From Mobula hypostoma (Eukaryota): a stretch of 64,000 bases of DNA. The notes below the pieces were generated by a model. That model was not told the origin of the DNA and made no database searches. It saw only the letters and a program-made list of their open reading frames with translations. Positions 13,107 through 25,402 of the stretch are shown in pieces (the stretch's first letter is position 1; the number at the start of each line of letters is the position of its first letter). The stretch covers positions 231,200,001 through 231,264,000 of the forward strand of contig NC_086097.1 of assembly GCF_963921235.1 (NCBI RefSeq). Reading direction: 5' to 3'. The position numbers and the translations under genes were made by a program.

Positions 13107-15744
13107 GTACCTCTTCCCAGAGATGCTGCCTGGCCTGCTGCGTTCACCAGCAACTTTGATGTGTGTTGCTGAGTTCCTCTAGCATTTTGTCTGTATTACC
13201 CTGGATTGCCAGCATCTGCAGAGCCTCTTGTGTTCTGGATATCTTTGAGTGATGATCTAACACTCATACACTCAATTGTTGTGCCATTGAACAAGTGCAT
13301 GACCTGCGTTAAGTGTCATACAACATGGAAACCGAATCTTTGGATTACCGACTTGTTGCCAACTATTAACCAGCCATACTAACTCTGCATTAATTCAATG
13401 TTCTTTTAATTTATAGTTTCATACTCCCCACATTTTCATCAACGACGCCCAGATTCCATCACTCAATCTGCACATAAGGGGCAATTTACAGCGACTACTA
13501 ACCTCCCAACTCACATCTTTTGGTATGTCAGAGGAAGGCGGAGCAGCTGAGAAAAGCCACCTTCACAAGGAGAATGCAAAGTTCAGACAGACAGCACCAA
13601 GAGTCAGGGTTAAATCCAGGTCATTGGTGCTAGGAGGCATTAGTTGCATCATTATGTGGCCATTGCAATCTGAAGTCTGAGGTTCTCATTCCTGTCAAAA
13701 CACAACTAGTTAAGTGAATGCAAGTTCCTTTCTGGAATATGCTCTTGAGCAGGAAACATAATCTCTGACTTTAATCAGCAAAGGAGGTACAGTTCACTGG
13801 GATTTAGAGTGTTTAAGAGAATCATGGTTACCAGTAGACTCCAGAAGCCTCTCCCTCTACTCCATCAAGCAAAAAAGAGCAGTCACCATGCTCTTGAGAA
13901 CTATGATTGCTACACTCAGTAACTCTAGATAGTGAATAACTATAGATAGTGAATAACGACAAGTTGCTTTAAACGTAATGGAGGAACGTAGAGTAAGTAG
14001 GTCAGGAAGAAGAGAACAGAGATTTGCTAAACATCCAAAATGAAGTACACTTTAATAGCAAGCAGCATTGCAATTTTTATTTCCTGCTCTTTAACCTGGT
14101 TACAAAAATAATGTTGCACTATTAAGATAAAGATTATCAGGAGCTGAACAAGTGTAGGCTACAAAACACTGAAATTATCTAGCTGTATGTGCAGTGTTAG
14201 GGACAGAGAAAAAACGCTATTGTTTGACTTTGCCAACATAGCATCAGAACTTGTTGTACATGCCCAAAGATTACTGAAGGTATCAGGGCAGGTAGATAAG
14301 ATGATTAAGGCAACAAGATATAGTTAAGCCACAGAACTCAACAGCAAAAGGATCATGCACTAGTGTATAAAACACAAATTCAACCTCAGTTATAGTACCG
14401 TGTACAAATTTACTGTCCAAGTATACAACACTGACAATCATCCTGCCACAGGTAGCCATAACACAAGGAAACACCATGGAACCCATTTCAAAAAAGCATC
14501 AAACACGTGAAAAAAGAACAAATCATGCAAACAGCCAAATGCGTGTAAAAAGTTTGATCGTTAATTTCCAGGAAGGATGTGAAAGCAGAGGAGACTAGAC
14601 ATTGTCAGAAGAAATTAATTTCTTCAGAACAAGGGAAATAAGATTAACCAAAGTGCATAAAATTATGATATCTAAAAAGAATAAACAAGAAACTCCTATT
14701 TACCTTCTTAGAGGTCAATAACTATGCAACACAGGTTTGAAGTATAAATATTAAAGGATATAATGAGGTAATGTTTTTCAGCAAGGAAGTGGGTTAATCT
14801 GCAACTTATTGTTTGATGGTGAGAGAAACTTTTCTCACTTTGTAAACGTGCTTAACAAGCATTCAAAGGGCAACAACCTACAATATGGGCTGAAGTGGAT
14901 ACAGAGGCTCAAACGCTGATCTCCCATGCAATAATATTCATGGTTATATGATTTATTATCAAGCCAAGCAATAGTTTTTGATAATTACGTTTGGTTGCTG
15001 CTCTCTGGAAAGGAGCTAAGTTTATTGAATTCAAGTTGCCAACTTGCAATGATGGAATATGAACGACAACCTCAGGCGTAGTTGACTCATGCTGCACAGC
15101 AAAGCACAATCTCCAGAGCCACCAATGAAACCTTGCAGCTGTTTTCTATAATGAAACTGTTCAAGAATGAAGGGTTATATGTCACTCATATGAAGCACAG
15201 CTCAAAGCACCAAGAGGCAGAAAATAGAGTTGATGCATTTAATTTGAAGACAACAGAATGTTTATTTATCTTTGATTACAATGCAGTAGGAATTCAAAGT
15301 ACAACAGAAATAAATTGTATTTGAAGTTCTAAGCCTGAATGACAAGGACAAAGTGGTTTGGGCACTATAATGTGAAGGCAGCCCTTGCTCATTATTAAAA
15401 AAAAGACTTGTATTTATAGTGTCTTTTTATATGTAGCAGACAATTCTCAAAGCAGTCCATGCAAATTACAGTTGTTGCAGTCAATCTCGATACAGGAAGA
15501 TCTCTGAGAAGGCACGATGAAATTGGTTTTTCAAATAGCATTTATTCTGGAAAGAATAAATGACTATAATAATGAGATTACATTTTTAGACACAAAAATG
15601 TAATATTTTACGTCCACCTTAATAGAATACACCTAAGACAAAGTAGCAATTACTCAGCATGTCAAGATTTCAGCCAAACAATGATTTGAAACTTTATTAG
15701 GGATTAAAAAGCAGAATTTCTAAATTCAGCTTTCAAAGAACAGT

Positions 15745-16490
15745 TATTATGAAAAAGAAATCCCTGAAGAATTCTGGATAAATTCCATCTACAAACCCGT
15801 AAGGAAGCTCAAATCCCAGTTCATGCGGGTCAAAACTGAGCTGGGACTCAGGACGGCTGGCATTTACAGGATTCCTGTGGATGCAGAGCAGTGTATATTG
15901 GCCAGGTGGGGCGCACAATAGAACCCTGCATCAAAGAGCCTAGGAGGTGTAGGAGGAACTAGAACTAGGGGACATAGCCTCAAAATGGGGACAAGGCAGG
16001 TAGGTGGAGATGAGTCCATGGTCAGATCAGCCGTGATCTTATTGAATGGCGGAGCAGGCTCGATGGGCCAGCTGGCCTCATCCTGCTCCTGGTTCTTATA
16101 TTCTTACGTTTCCGTTAGGGTTACCCAGAGAAATCAGCGGAAGCAATACATTTCATGTGCAATGACCACAGGGTTGACTTTGATGGCACAAAACTATTGT
16201 GCCACGCCAATGGCTTTTGGGACCGTCTGGTGAAGGAAGCCATTGATGTAAGATTAGAGAATAAGAACTTCAACAAAGTCAAAAGTCTCACTCTAAATAA
16301 GAACTGGAATACAATTTTAAATAAGGTGGGATAGCAGAAACCTGATTGGTTGGGGACTAACCAATCAGGAGGAATGGACGAGTCATGCCTAGGCATCATC
16401 CCTAATGAAAATGGCAGAGTTTGTCATCGAAACGTCAGCTAAAGTCAACACCTGGGCCCGGCTGGAAGCCTGCAAAGAGTTTATGCAAAC
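15745..16490 (+). mobile_element. Second Penelope lineage (Penelope/Poseidon-type) 3' fragment, interrupted by a CR1 tail at about 15950-16110
   Basis: Frameshifted AGIYRIP...AVYIGQVGRTI, then PEKSA...DFDGTKLL...RLVKEAIDVRLENKNFNK; decayed hammerhead CTAATGA...GAAACGTC at about 16400-16440. Confidence 0.75.
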
Positions 16491-16512
16491 ATTTATCATC
16501 AAAATATGTATA

Positions 16513-18139
16513 CAGGTTTCCTCCGCTATCCGAAGGTAGACTGTTCCTATGAAACGGTTCGTAAGCCGAAATGTCGTAAAGCGAAGAAGCAATTACCATT
16601 TATTTATATGGGAAAATTTTGTGTGCGTTCGCAGACCCAAAAATAACCTACCAAATCATGCCAAATAACACATAAAACCTAAAATAACAGTAACATATAG
16701 TAAAAGCAGGAATGATATGATAAATACACAGCCTATATAAAGTAGAAATACTTCTCTACAACGATTGCCTGCACAGATCTCCGTAGTGGAAGTCTCACGC
16801 AAGTGTTCTCGGCAGAAAATCTCACGCAAGCGCTGTTGGCATAAACACGCTCTCCAGTAACCTTTAAACTATGATGCTGCCAAATCTACCAAATAACACG
16901 TAAAAATACACAGCCTATATAAAGTAGAAATAATGTATGTACAGTGTAGTATCACTTACGGGAATTGGGAAGACATCGAGCACACTGATGATGGTGTGTT
17001 AGACTGAGTCGTCGCAGGTGGGGGTGATGCAGTGGCCCCCATCCTCCAGGCCGCCGACTGATACATTGCTGCGAAGCGCCTAGGGGTAGCCGGGAGGCAC
17101 ACAGCACATCTTTAAGAAAAAAGCCGAAATAAACACTCTAATTAATTAGGTGCTGCCCAGTACGTAAATGTCGGCACAGATCAGAGGTGATTGCCGATTA
17201 CATCACCTCTGATCTGGGCCGACAATTAAGTGCTAGGTGGCACCTAATTAATTAGCATGTTTATTTTGGCTTTTTTCTTAAAGATGTGCTGTGTGCCTGC
17301 CGGCTACCGCTGCATTCTCCGCGAATCGGTACAGTATCTGTCCGGGGCCCGGGGGTTGGGGTGGTGGGACACGGGGGTGTCATCTCATCGTCAATTACAG
17401 AAGGCAGCTCTTCTTCTCCTATGACTGCCTGCCTCGATGTCGGAGGTCGAGGTTCGTTGTCCACTGTGGCTGATGTGGGAGGCTTGCTTGACTGCTGAGC
17501 CTCAAGCATTTTTCTATCACACAGTTCTTTATAAGGACTCAAAACATCCTGCAAATATCCCCCAAACCTACATATCCTTTCAAAATTAAAGTCGTACTTT
17601 ATTATTGCAGTGAAAATCTCACGCAGTTGCTTCACGTTCAGTTCCTGGATGACTTCACTTTCGCTACTGCATTCGGTTTCGATTGTTATCCTTTCCTCTT
17701 CCAATTGCATCAGCTCTTCATCTATCAGTTCTTGGTCATGGGATGCCAAAACCTCTTCAACATCATCTTCGTCAGCTTTCACAAGCCAAACTAAGTTTGT
17801 CCTTGCTTCGTTCATTATGAACGAAACGCATAATTATGTCTAGTTTTACGCTAAGTGTAACACCCTTACGAGCTCTTTCAGGCTTTTCCGACACCTTAGA
17901 ACTCATCTTGCTAACAGCTGCTCAATGCAGCGTGTTTAAGCAACACTGGCGAGAATCCGAGGGAGATCAGCTGCTCGGGGTGCGCGCTGCCTTTTAACAC
18001 GCGCTGATTTTTTTATCGCGCGCTGCCTTTCTTCGTAACAGTGAAAACACCTTCTGAAAGTGAAAACAGGGTAATATTGTAGGTCTTTTGTAACAGTGAG
18101 GTTTCGAAAAGCGACTGTTCGAAAAGCGGGGGACACCTG
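16513..18139 (-). mobile_element. Non-autonomous Tigger/pogo-like DNA transposon, copy 1
   Basis: TIRs CAGGTTTCCTCCGCT / AGCGGGGGACACCTG; TA on both sides; transposase C-terminal remnant DVEEVLASHDQELIDEELMQLEE. Confidence 0.9.
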
Positions 18140-18534
18140 TATATTATGCAACCTTGAGATTCATCTCCTTACAGGCAACCACAAAACAAAGAAACCCAAA
18201 AGAAACCATTTAAAAAAAACTGTCAAACATTCAATGTGCGAAGAGAAAAATAAATCATGCAAACAATAAAGTAAGCAAATAGTACTCAGAACAAAAGTGA
18301 GTCCATAGAGACAAAGCCCAGAGTAGCCAGAGCGGGCCACAGTCGCTGCTTCAGTTCAGCACAGAGCCGAGTAAAAATTCAAATTTATTTTCAAAGTACA
18401 TACATGTCACCATATCCAATGTGAGATTAATTTTCTTGCCAGCCTACTCAATAAATCCAAAAACCATAACAGAATCAATGAAAGACCATACTAACAGGAC
18501 AGACTACCAGTTTGTGCTAAAGACAAACTACCTA

Positions 18535-19206
18535 CAGGGGAGGAGAAGATGGAGGTGCGATGCAGCGCACACGGCCGCTCCGAAATGATATCGGTATTTG
18601 TTAAGTAGGCGCCGTGCACAATCCTGATTTGATGGAGACAGACGTGAGAAGCACAGAGGAACATCTGAAGAAACTTCTGAAATGACCGCTTCGCTGCTGC
18701 TGCTACTGTGCGATCGAGAATCTCCGAACGGGAAGGCTCCAAATCCTCGGCTTTGCCTATAGCCTGTTGCCGGGGTCGGGGTCGAAGCGCTCGGCAGAGA
18801 TGGTGCTCGGGGCTCGGTGTCAAGAGGGCTGGTCGGAGGTTTGAAGTTTTTGGACGGACTCAAGAGTTGGCTGTGGTTGGGTGCTTCCAGGGTGCTGCAT
18901 TGGCAAGTTTGCGGCGCTGGAGGTTCATGGCAGGGAGAGTTTTTCTTCCTTCTACCGTCTGCGTGAGATGATGGGACTTTCGAGAAACTTTGAGACTTTT
19001 ACCGTGCCCATGGTCTGTTCTTTATCAAATTACGGTATTGCTTTGCACTGTTGAAACTATATGTTATAATTATGTGGTTTTTGTCAGTTTTTCAGTCAGT
19101 TTGTCTTATGTTTCTGTGATATCATTCTGGAGGAACATTGTATCATTTCTTAATGCATGCATTACTAAATGACAATAAAAGAGGACTGCGTGTCCTCATA
19201 ATCTAA
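18535..19206 (+). mobile_element. Non-autonomous retroposon of about 670 bp with LINE-like head and tail and no ORF
   Basis: Homologous copies at 45850-46455 (-), 63700-64000 (+) and 26195-26430 (-, tail only); tail ACAATAAAAGAGGACTGCGTG. Confidence 0.7.
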
Positions 19207-19214
19207 AATAAGTC

Positions 19215-19990
19215 TAATCTAAAAATAGAAGAAGAAAGAAAATAATAGCAATCAATAAATAAACAAGAAATATCAAGAGCATTAGGTGAAGAGTCCTCGA
19301 AAGCGAGTCCACAGGTTGTGGAAACAGTTCAATGATGGGGCAAGTGAAGTTGAGTGAAGTTACCCCCTGTGGTTCAAGAGCCTGATGGTTGAGGGGTAAT
19401 AACTGTTTCCGAACCCAGTAGTGTGAGCCCTGAGGCTCCAGCACCTTCTTCCTGATGGCAGCAGCAAGAAGAGAGCATGACCTGGGTGGTGGGGGTCCTG
19501 CATGATAGATGCTGCTTTCCTGCAACAATTCTCCACATACATGGGCTCAGTGGTGGGGAAGGCTTTAACAGTGACAGACTGGGCCGTATCCACTATTTTT
19601 CATAGGATTTTCAATTCAAAGGCATGGCATTTCCATAGAAAGCCGTGATGCAGTCAGTCAATATACTCTCCACACACATCTATAGAAGTCTGTCAAAGTT
19701 TTCGATGTCATGCCGAGCTTCGCGAACCTCTAAGGAAGTAGGACTACTGCCATGCGCGCACTTACGTGGGCCCAGGACAGGTCCTCTGAAATGATAACAC
19801 TGAGGAATTCAAAGTTGCTGACCCTCTCCACCACTGGTCCCTGATGAAGACTTGCTCATGGACCTCCAGTTTCCTTCCCCTGAACTCAATAATCGGCTCC
19901 CTGGTCTTGCCAATGCTCAGTGAGAAAGAGTTTGCTGTTGTGGCACCACTCAGTCAGATTTCCAATCTCTCTCCTAAGTGCTGATTCATC
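19215..19990 (-). mobile_element. Rex1/Babar-type LINE 3' fragment
   Basis: ORF 19360-19593 QDPHHPGHALFLLLPSGRR...FGNSYYPSTIRLLN. Confidence 0.85.
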
Positions 19991-21393
19991 TAACAGTGAT
20001 ATTGATTTTGTAATAAATTAAGCTGAGTGAATGTCATACCCAAACTACAGAACATTCAGTACCTCCCTCTATCTCCCTGCCTGTCCTGTAACGTGTGGTA
20101 CAAGAGTGTCAAGGCATTGCACTGCAAAAGCCAGCAGACTCCGTAGCTCTCAGAGTAGGAGGTATTGCTCCCGCCCCCCCAGGGGTGTTGCTAGTTTCTA
20201 AGGGTATGATAAATATAAAGGGGTTTATAGGGGGTGCTCAGTAGCAAGGGGCAGCTAATGAATTACAGGCTAAAATTTGGAAATGAATTACTCATTATAA
20301 ACATTTGGTCCTTAGTGCCTATGTGATTACAATGATCACATAAATTACCTCACATCTTGCTAACCCACATTCTTTTAGACTTTGCTCAAAGCATATTACA
20401 GTTGTTGAAAAGCAATATGACACTTCTGTATTTGGTATATCATGAGAACTCTGGACTGAAAGAGTCATGTTATTCCCGAGCTGGCCGGTGCATTACTATT
20501 GTTTGGTACTGTAGTACAGTGCTAGCTAGTTCAATTCCCATACTCTAATCACGCAGCGATGCAATTCCTGTGAATTAGGATATAGCATTCAATGGGGTAA
20601 AGTTCAGAATCTGCATCTTCAAATGGTCTTGAATGGCATTTAACTAGCTCATGGACCAAGCAAGATACCCGGGATCAATAAAGTACGACTATGACTAAGA
20701 TATTGCTGCCCTACTTTATGTATCTTCAGGCAGAGAGTCAGGTTTTGCCTGAGCTATTATGATGTCATAACAATCCCCTTTATCGATCGCAGTGCTTGAG
20801 GTTTGGACTCAGGCTACATCCACACTACGCCGGATAATTTTGAAAACGAAGCTTTTTCTCTTCGTTTTGACCCTCCGTCCACACTAAAGCGGCGTTTTCA
20901 TCCCCCGAAAACGGAGATTTTCAGAAACGGTCTCCTAAGTGAATAAATCTGAAAACGGCTAATATCCGCTGTAGTGTGTACGGGGTAAACGGAGAGATTT
21001 AAAAACGCTGTCATGACAACACCACAACAACAATACTTTTTCTGCTTCTGCTTGGTACTGCGCAAGCACTGCCGGACGGCTGTTATAACGCGCAGTCGGT
21101 CTGAACGGCGTGAGAGTTAAATTGTAAAGTGAGCATTTTTGACTATTTAAAAACATTGTCATGACGTGCCGGAACAGATGGTCGCAGCGCGGCATTTCGT
21201 TGTTTTCTTGAACGCAACCCCCCACATAACCTAAAAATTTCAGAACAGACGGCAACCAGACTGAAGCCAGAAGAGATAGAAATGTACTCACCAAATACTT
21301 TGACCCATAGCTTACTGAATAAATAAGTATTCTCACTTTGCCCTGTTTTCTGTCCTTGCTTGTATGAAGGTGGTTTACCCATTTATGCAAGTA

Positions 21394-23202
21394 CAGGTGT
21401 CCTCTGCTTTTCGAACGTTCACTTTACGAAACCTCACTGTTATGAAAGACCTATATTAGTACCCTGTTTTCGATAACAGAAGGTGTTTACACTGTTACGA
21501 AAAAAATCAGTGCATGATAAAAGGCAGCGCGCGCCCCGAGCAGCTGCTCTCCCCGGATTCGGAACTGCATTGCTTTAACACATACCTGTGAGCAGCCGTT
21601 TGCAAGACGAGTTTTGAGGTATTGGAAAAGCCTGAAAGAGCTCGTAAGGGTGTTAGACTGAGCGTAAAACTAGACATAATTAAGCGCTTTGATCATGGTG
21701 AATGAAGTAAAGACAACACACATCAAAGTTGCTGGTGAACGCAGCAGGCCAGGCAGCATCTCTAGGAAGAGGTACAGTTGACGTTTCAGGTCAAGACCCT
21801 TCGTCTCGGCCTGAAACGTCGACTGTACCTCTTCCTAGAGATGCTGCCTGGCCTGCTGCGTTCACCAGCAACTTTGAAGTGTGTTGCTTGAATTTACAGC
21901 ATCTGCAGAATTCCTGTTGTTTGAAGTAAAGACAACGTGAGTTTGGCTTGTGGAAGCTGATGAAGATGATGTTGAAGAGGTTTTGGCATCCCATGACCAA
22001 GAACTGACAGATGAAGAGCTGATGCAATTGGAAGAGGAAAGGATAACAATCGAAACCGAATGCAGTAGCGAAATGAACGTGAAGCAACTGCGTGAGATTT
22101 TCGCTGCAATGATAAAGTATGACTTTAATTTTGAAAGGGTACGTAGGTTTAGGAGATATTTGCAAGGTGGTTTGAGTCCTTACAAAGGACTGTATGATCT
22201 AAAAATGCACGCGCTCAGCAGTCAAGCAAACCTTCCACATCAGCCACAGCAGATGATGAACCTCGACCTTCGACATCCAGGCGGGCAGTCATAGGAGAAG
22301 ATGAGCCGCCTGCTCTAATGGAAACAGACGACGAGATGACACCCCATTGTCCCACCACCCCAAGCCCCAGGCCCGGGACAGATACCGATTCGCGGAGAAT
22401 GCAGCGGTAGCCGGGAGGCACACAGCACATCTTTAAGAAAAAAGCCAAAATAAACACGCTAATTAATTAGGTGCCGCCCGACACGTAATTGTCGGCCCAG
22501 ATCAGAGGCGATGCAATCGGCAATCGGCACTGATCTGGGCCGACAATTACATGTCGGGCGGCACCTAATTAATTAGCATGTTTATTTCGGCTTTTTTCTT
22601 AAAGATGTGCTGTGTGCCTCTCGGCTACAGCTGCATTCTTCGCGGCAATATATCGGTCGGCGGCCTGGAGAATGGGGGTCACTGCACCACCCCACCTGCG
22701 ACCACTCAGTCTAATACACATCATCAGTGTGCTCTGCGCTGTCTTCCCGATTCCCGTAAGTGATACTACACTGTACATATGTTATTTCTACTTTATATAG
22801 GCTGCGTATTTTTACGTGTTATTTGGTATGATTTGGCAGCTTCATAGTTTAAGGGTTACTGGAGAGAGTGTTTTTGCCGAGAGCGCTTGTGTGAGACTTT
22901 CTGCTGAGAGCGCTTGCGTGAGATTTTCGCTTCAGAGAACAGTGCCGGCAATGATTGTGGAAAAGTATTTCTACTTTATATAGGCTGTGTATTTATCATA
23001 TCATTCCTGCTTTTACTATATGTTACTGTTATTTTAGGTTTTATGTGTTATTTGGCATGATTTGGTAGGTTATTTTTGGGTCTGCGAACGCTCACAAAAT
23101 TTTCCCATATAAATAATGGTAATTGCTTCTTTGCGTTATGACATTTCGGCTTACGAACCGCTTCATAGGAACGCTCTACCTTCGGATGGCGGGGGAAACC
23201 TG
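21394..23202 (+). mobile_element. Non-autonomous Tigger/pogo-like DNA transposon, copy 2
   Basis: Same TIRs, TA TSD, transposase remnant 21950-22294. Confidence 0.9.
21718..21921. mobile_element. Short fold-back Penelope pLTR insertion
   Basis: Inverted arms meeting inside the hammerhead; 15-bp TSD TGAAGTAAAGACAAC at 21703-21717 and 21922-21936; the empty site is visible in Tigger copy 3 at about 43580-43595. Confidence 0.9.
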
Positions 23203-24011
23203 TACTTCTCTGACAATAGATGTGTAACAGCCTAATGTAACATTGTATGGAAATACAAGATAACACTGATGATACATTTAACAAGGTGCTTTATTAATGC
23301 AACAGAGTTAGTCAGTTTTTCGATGTTTGTCATCAGCCAGGTCATACCGTCTGTGAACTCCCTGTCGGCTGCCTCCATACGCTACAGTATGAGCTTTTTT
23401 TTGTTTTAAATCCTCCTGCGCGAGAGCCAAGAGCAATTCCTTTTAAGTTTTTCTAACTGTACAAACGCGCACCAAGTATACCGTTTCCTCTTCGCTTGTT
23501 TTCTGTGTGTCCTGCGCATACCTAGTAGGAGGAGATTCACCCAAATATCCGTCTGATGTGGACAGAGATATTTGGAAAAAGGCTTAGTGAGGACGCCTAT
23601 CATTTTTACTCGAAACCGGCATTTTCAAAATTATCCAGCGTAGTGTGGACATAGCCTTAAACAGTAGGTGATGACTGTAGTCGTTAATCCACAACAAACA
23701 TAAAGAAGTGTAGACAGTATAGTGTGGAGTAGTGTGAACTAATTCTCCCAGCAGTAAGGGAAGTTCTGAGTACAGTTTTGCATAAATCACCAGACAAAAT
23801 TATTATAGCGATTCCACAGGGACAACTCTGTTCAAATGTAAATAGAAGAAATGTCTGAGAATTTGGATGACACATTGTGCAACATACTTAGGATGACAAA
23901 ATTAGCCCTGAAGCTGGATGAGTCAACTTCCCCAGGCAACAACTCTTTGCTACACACATAAAAGTTGCTGGTGAACGCAGCAGGCCAGGCAGCATCTGTA
24001 GGAAGAGGTAC

Positions 24012-24047
24012 AGTCGACGTTTCAGGCCGAGACCCTTCGTCAGGACT
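24012..24047 (-). ncRNA. Minimal hammerhead ribozyme motif
   Basis: Minus strand AGTC-CTGACGA-AGGGTCTCGGCCT-GAAA-CGTC-GACT. Confidence 0.8.
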
Positions 24048-25366
24048 AACTGAAGGAAGAGTGAGTAAAGGATTTTAAAGTTGGAGGGGGAGGGGGAGAT
24101 CCAAAATGATAGGAGAAGACAGGAGGGGGAGGGATGGAGCCGAGAGCTGGACAGGTGATAGGCAAAAGGGATACGAGAGGATCATGGGACAGGAGGTCCG
24201 GGAAGAAATAAGGGGGGGGGGGACCCAGAGGATGGGCAAGGGGTATATTCAGAGGGACAGAGGGAGAAAAAGGAGAGTGAGAGAAAGAATGTGTGCATAA
24301 AAATAAGTAACAGATGGGATACAAGGGTAAGGTGGGGCATTAGCGGAAGTTAGAGAAGTCGATGTTCATGCCATCAGGTTGGAGGCTACCCAGACGGAAT
24401 ATAAGGTGTTGTTCCTCCAACCTGAGTGTGGCTTCATCTTTACAGTAGAGGAGGCCGTGGATAGACATGTCAGAATGGGAATGGGATGTGGAATTAAAAT
24501 GTGTGGCCACTGGGAGATCCTGCTTTCTCTGGCAGACAGAGCGTAGGTGTTCAGCAAAGCGGTCTCCCAGTCTGCGTCGGGTCTTGCCAATATATAAAAG
24601 GCCACATCGGGAGCACCGGACGCAGTATATCACCCCAGCCGACTGGCCGTGTCCCCACCCCATGTAAGCGGAACAAGTGCTACACATGCCCTTACACTTC
24701 CTCCCTTACCACCATTCAGGGCCCCAAATAGTCCTTCCAGGTGAGGCAACACTTCACCTGTGAGTTGGCTGGGGTGATATACTGCGTCCGGTGCTCCCGA
24801 TGTGGCCTTTTATATATTGGCGAGACCCAACGCAGACTGGGAGACCGCTTTGCCGAACACCTACGCTCTGTCCTCCAGAGAAAGCAGGATCTCCCAGTGG
24901 CCACACATTTTAATTCCACATTCCATTCCCATTCTGACATGTCTATCCACGGCCTCCTCTACTGTAAAGATGAAGCCACACTCAGGTTGGAGGAACAACA
25001 CCTTATATTCCGTCTGGGTAGTCTCCAACCTGATGGCATGAACATCGACTTCTCTAACTTCCGCTAATGCCCCACCTCCCCCTCGTACCCCATCTGTTAC
25101 TTATTTTTATACACACATTCTTTCTCTTACTCTCCTTTTTCTCCCTCTGTCCCTCTGAATATACCCCTTGCCTATCCTCTGGGATCCCCCCCCCCCCACC
25201 TTGTCTTTCTTCCCGGACCTCCTGCCCATGATCCTCTCGTATCCCCTTTTGCCTATCACCTGTCCAGCTCTTGACTCCATCCCTCCCCCTCCTGTCTTCT
25301 CCTATCATTTTGGGTCTCCCCCTCCCCCTCCAACTTTAAAATCCCTTACTCACTCTTCCTTCAGTT

Positions 25367-25402
25367 AGTCCTGACGAAGGGTCTCGGCCTGAAACGTTGA
25401 CT
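25367..25402 (+). ncRNA. Minimal hammerhead ribozyme motif (GUU triplet variant)
   Basis: AGTC-CTGACGA-AGGGTCTCGGCCT-GAAA-CGTT-GACT. Confidence 0.7.

Larger units (their letters stand above)
11055..13170. mobile_element. Penelope-like element (Neptune-type) fold-back: minus arm 11055-11588, plus arm 11589-13170
   Basis: Plus arm encodes RT (MGTRMGHSYA, YIDD), Cys linker CKRNKCYTC and GIY-YIG (GVIYCVRC...LYIGE); both arms end in the same pLTR. Confidence 0.92.
20812..23656. mobile_element. Non-autonomous PIF/Harbinger-type element (hosts Tigger copy 2)
   Basis: TIRs GGCTACATCCACACTACGCCGGATAATTTTGAAAA / TTTTCAAAATTATCCAGCGTAGTGTGGACATAGCC; 3-bp flanks TCA and TTA. Confidence 0.8.

Noticed and set aside
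14909..15109. Short minus ORF in apparently unique sequence
   Set aside because: No recognisable homology or convincing splice sites
20060..20197. Candidate minus-strand exon in GC-richer sequence
   Set aside because: All frames hit stops before the donor; may instead be a decayed transposon end
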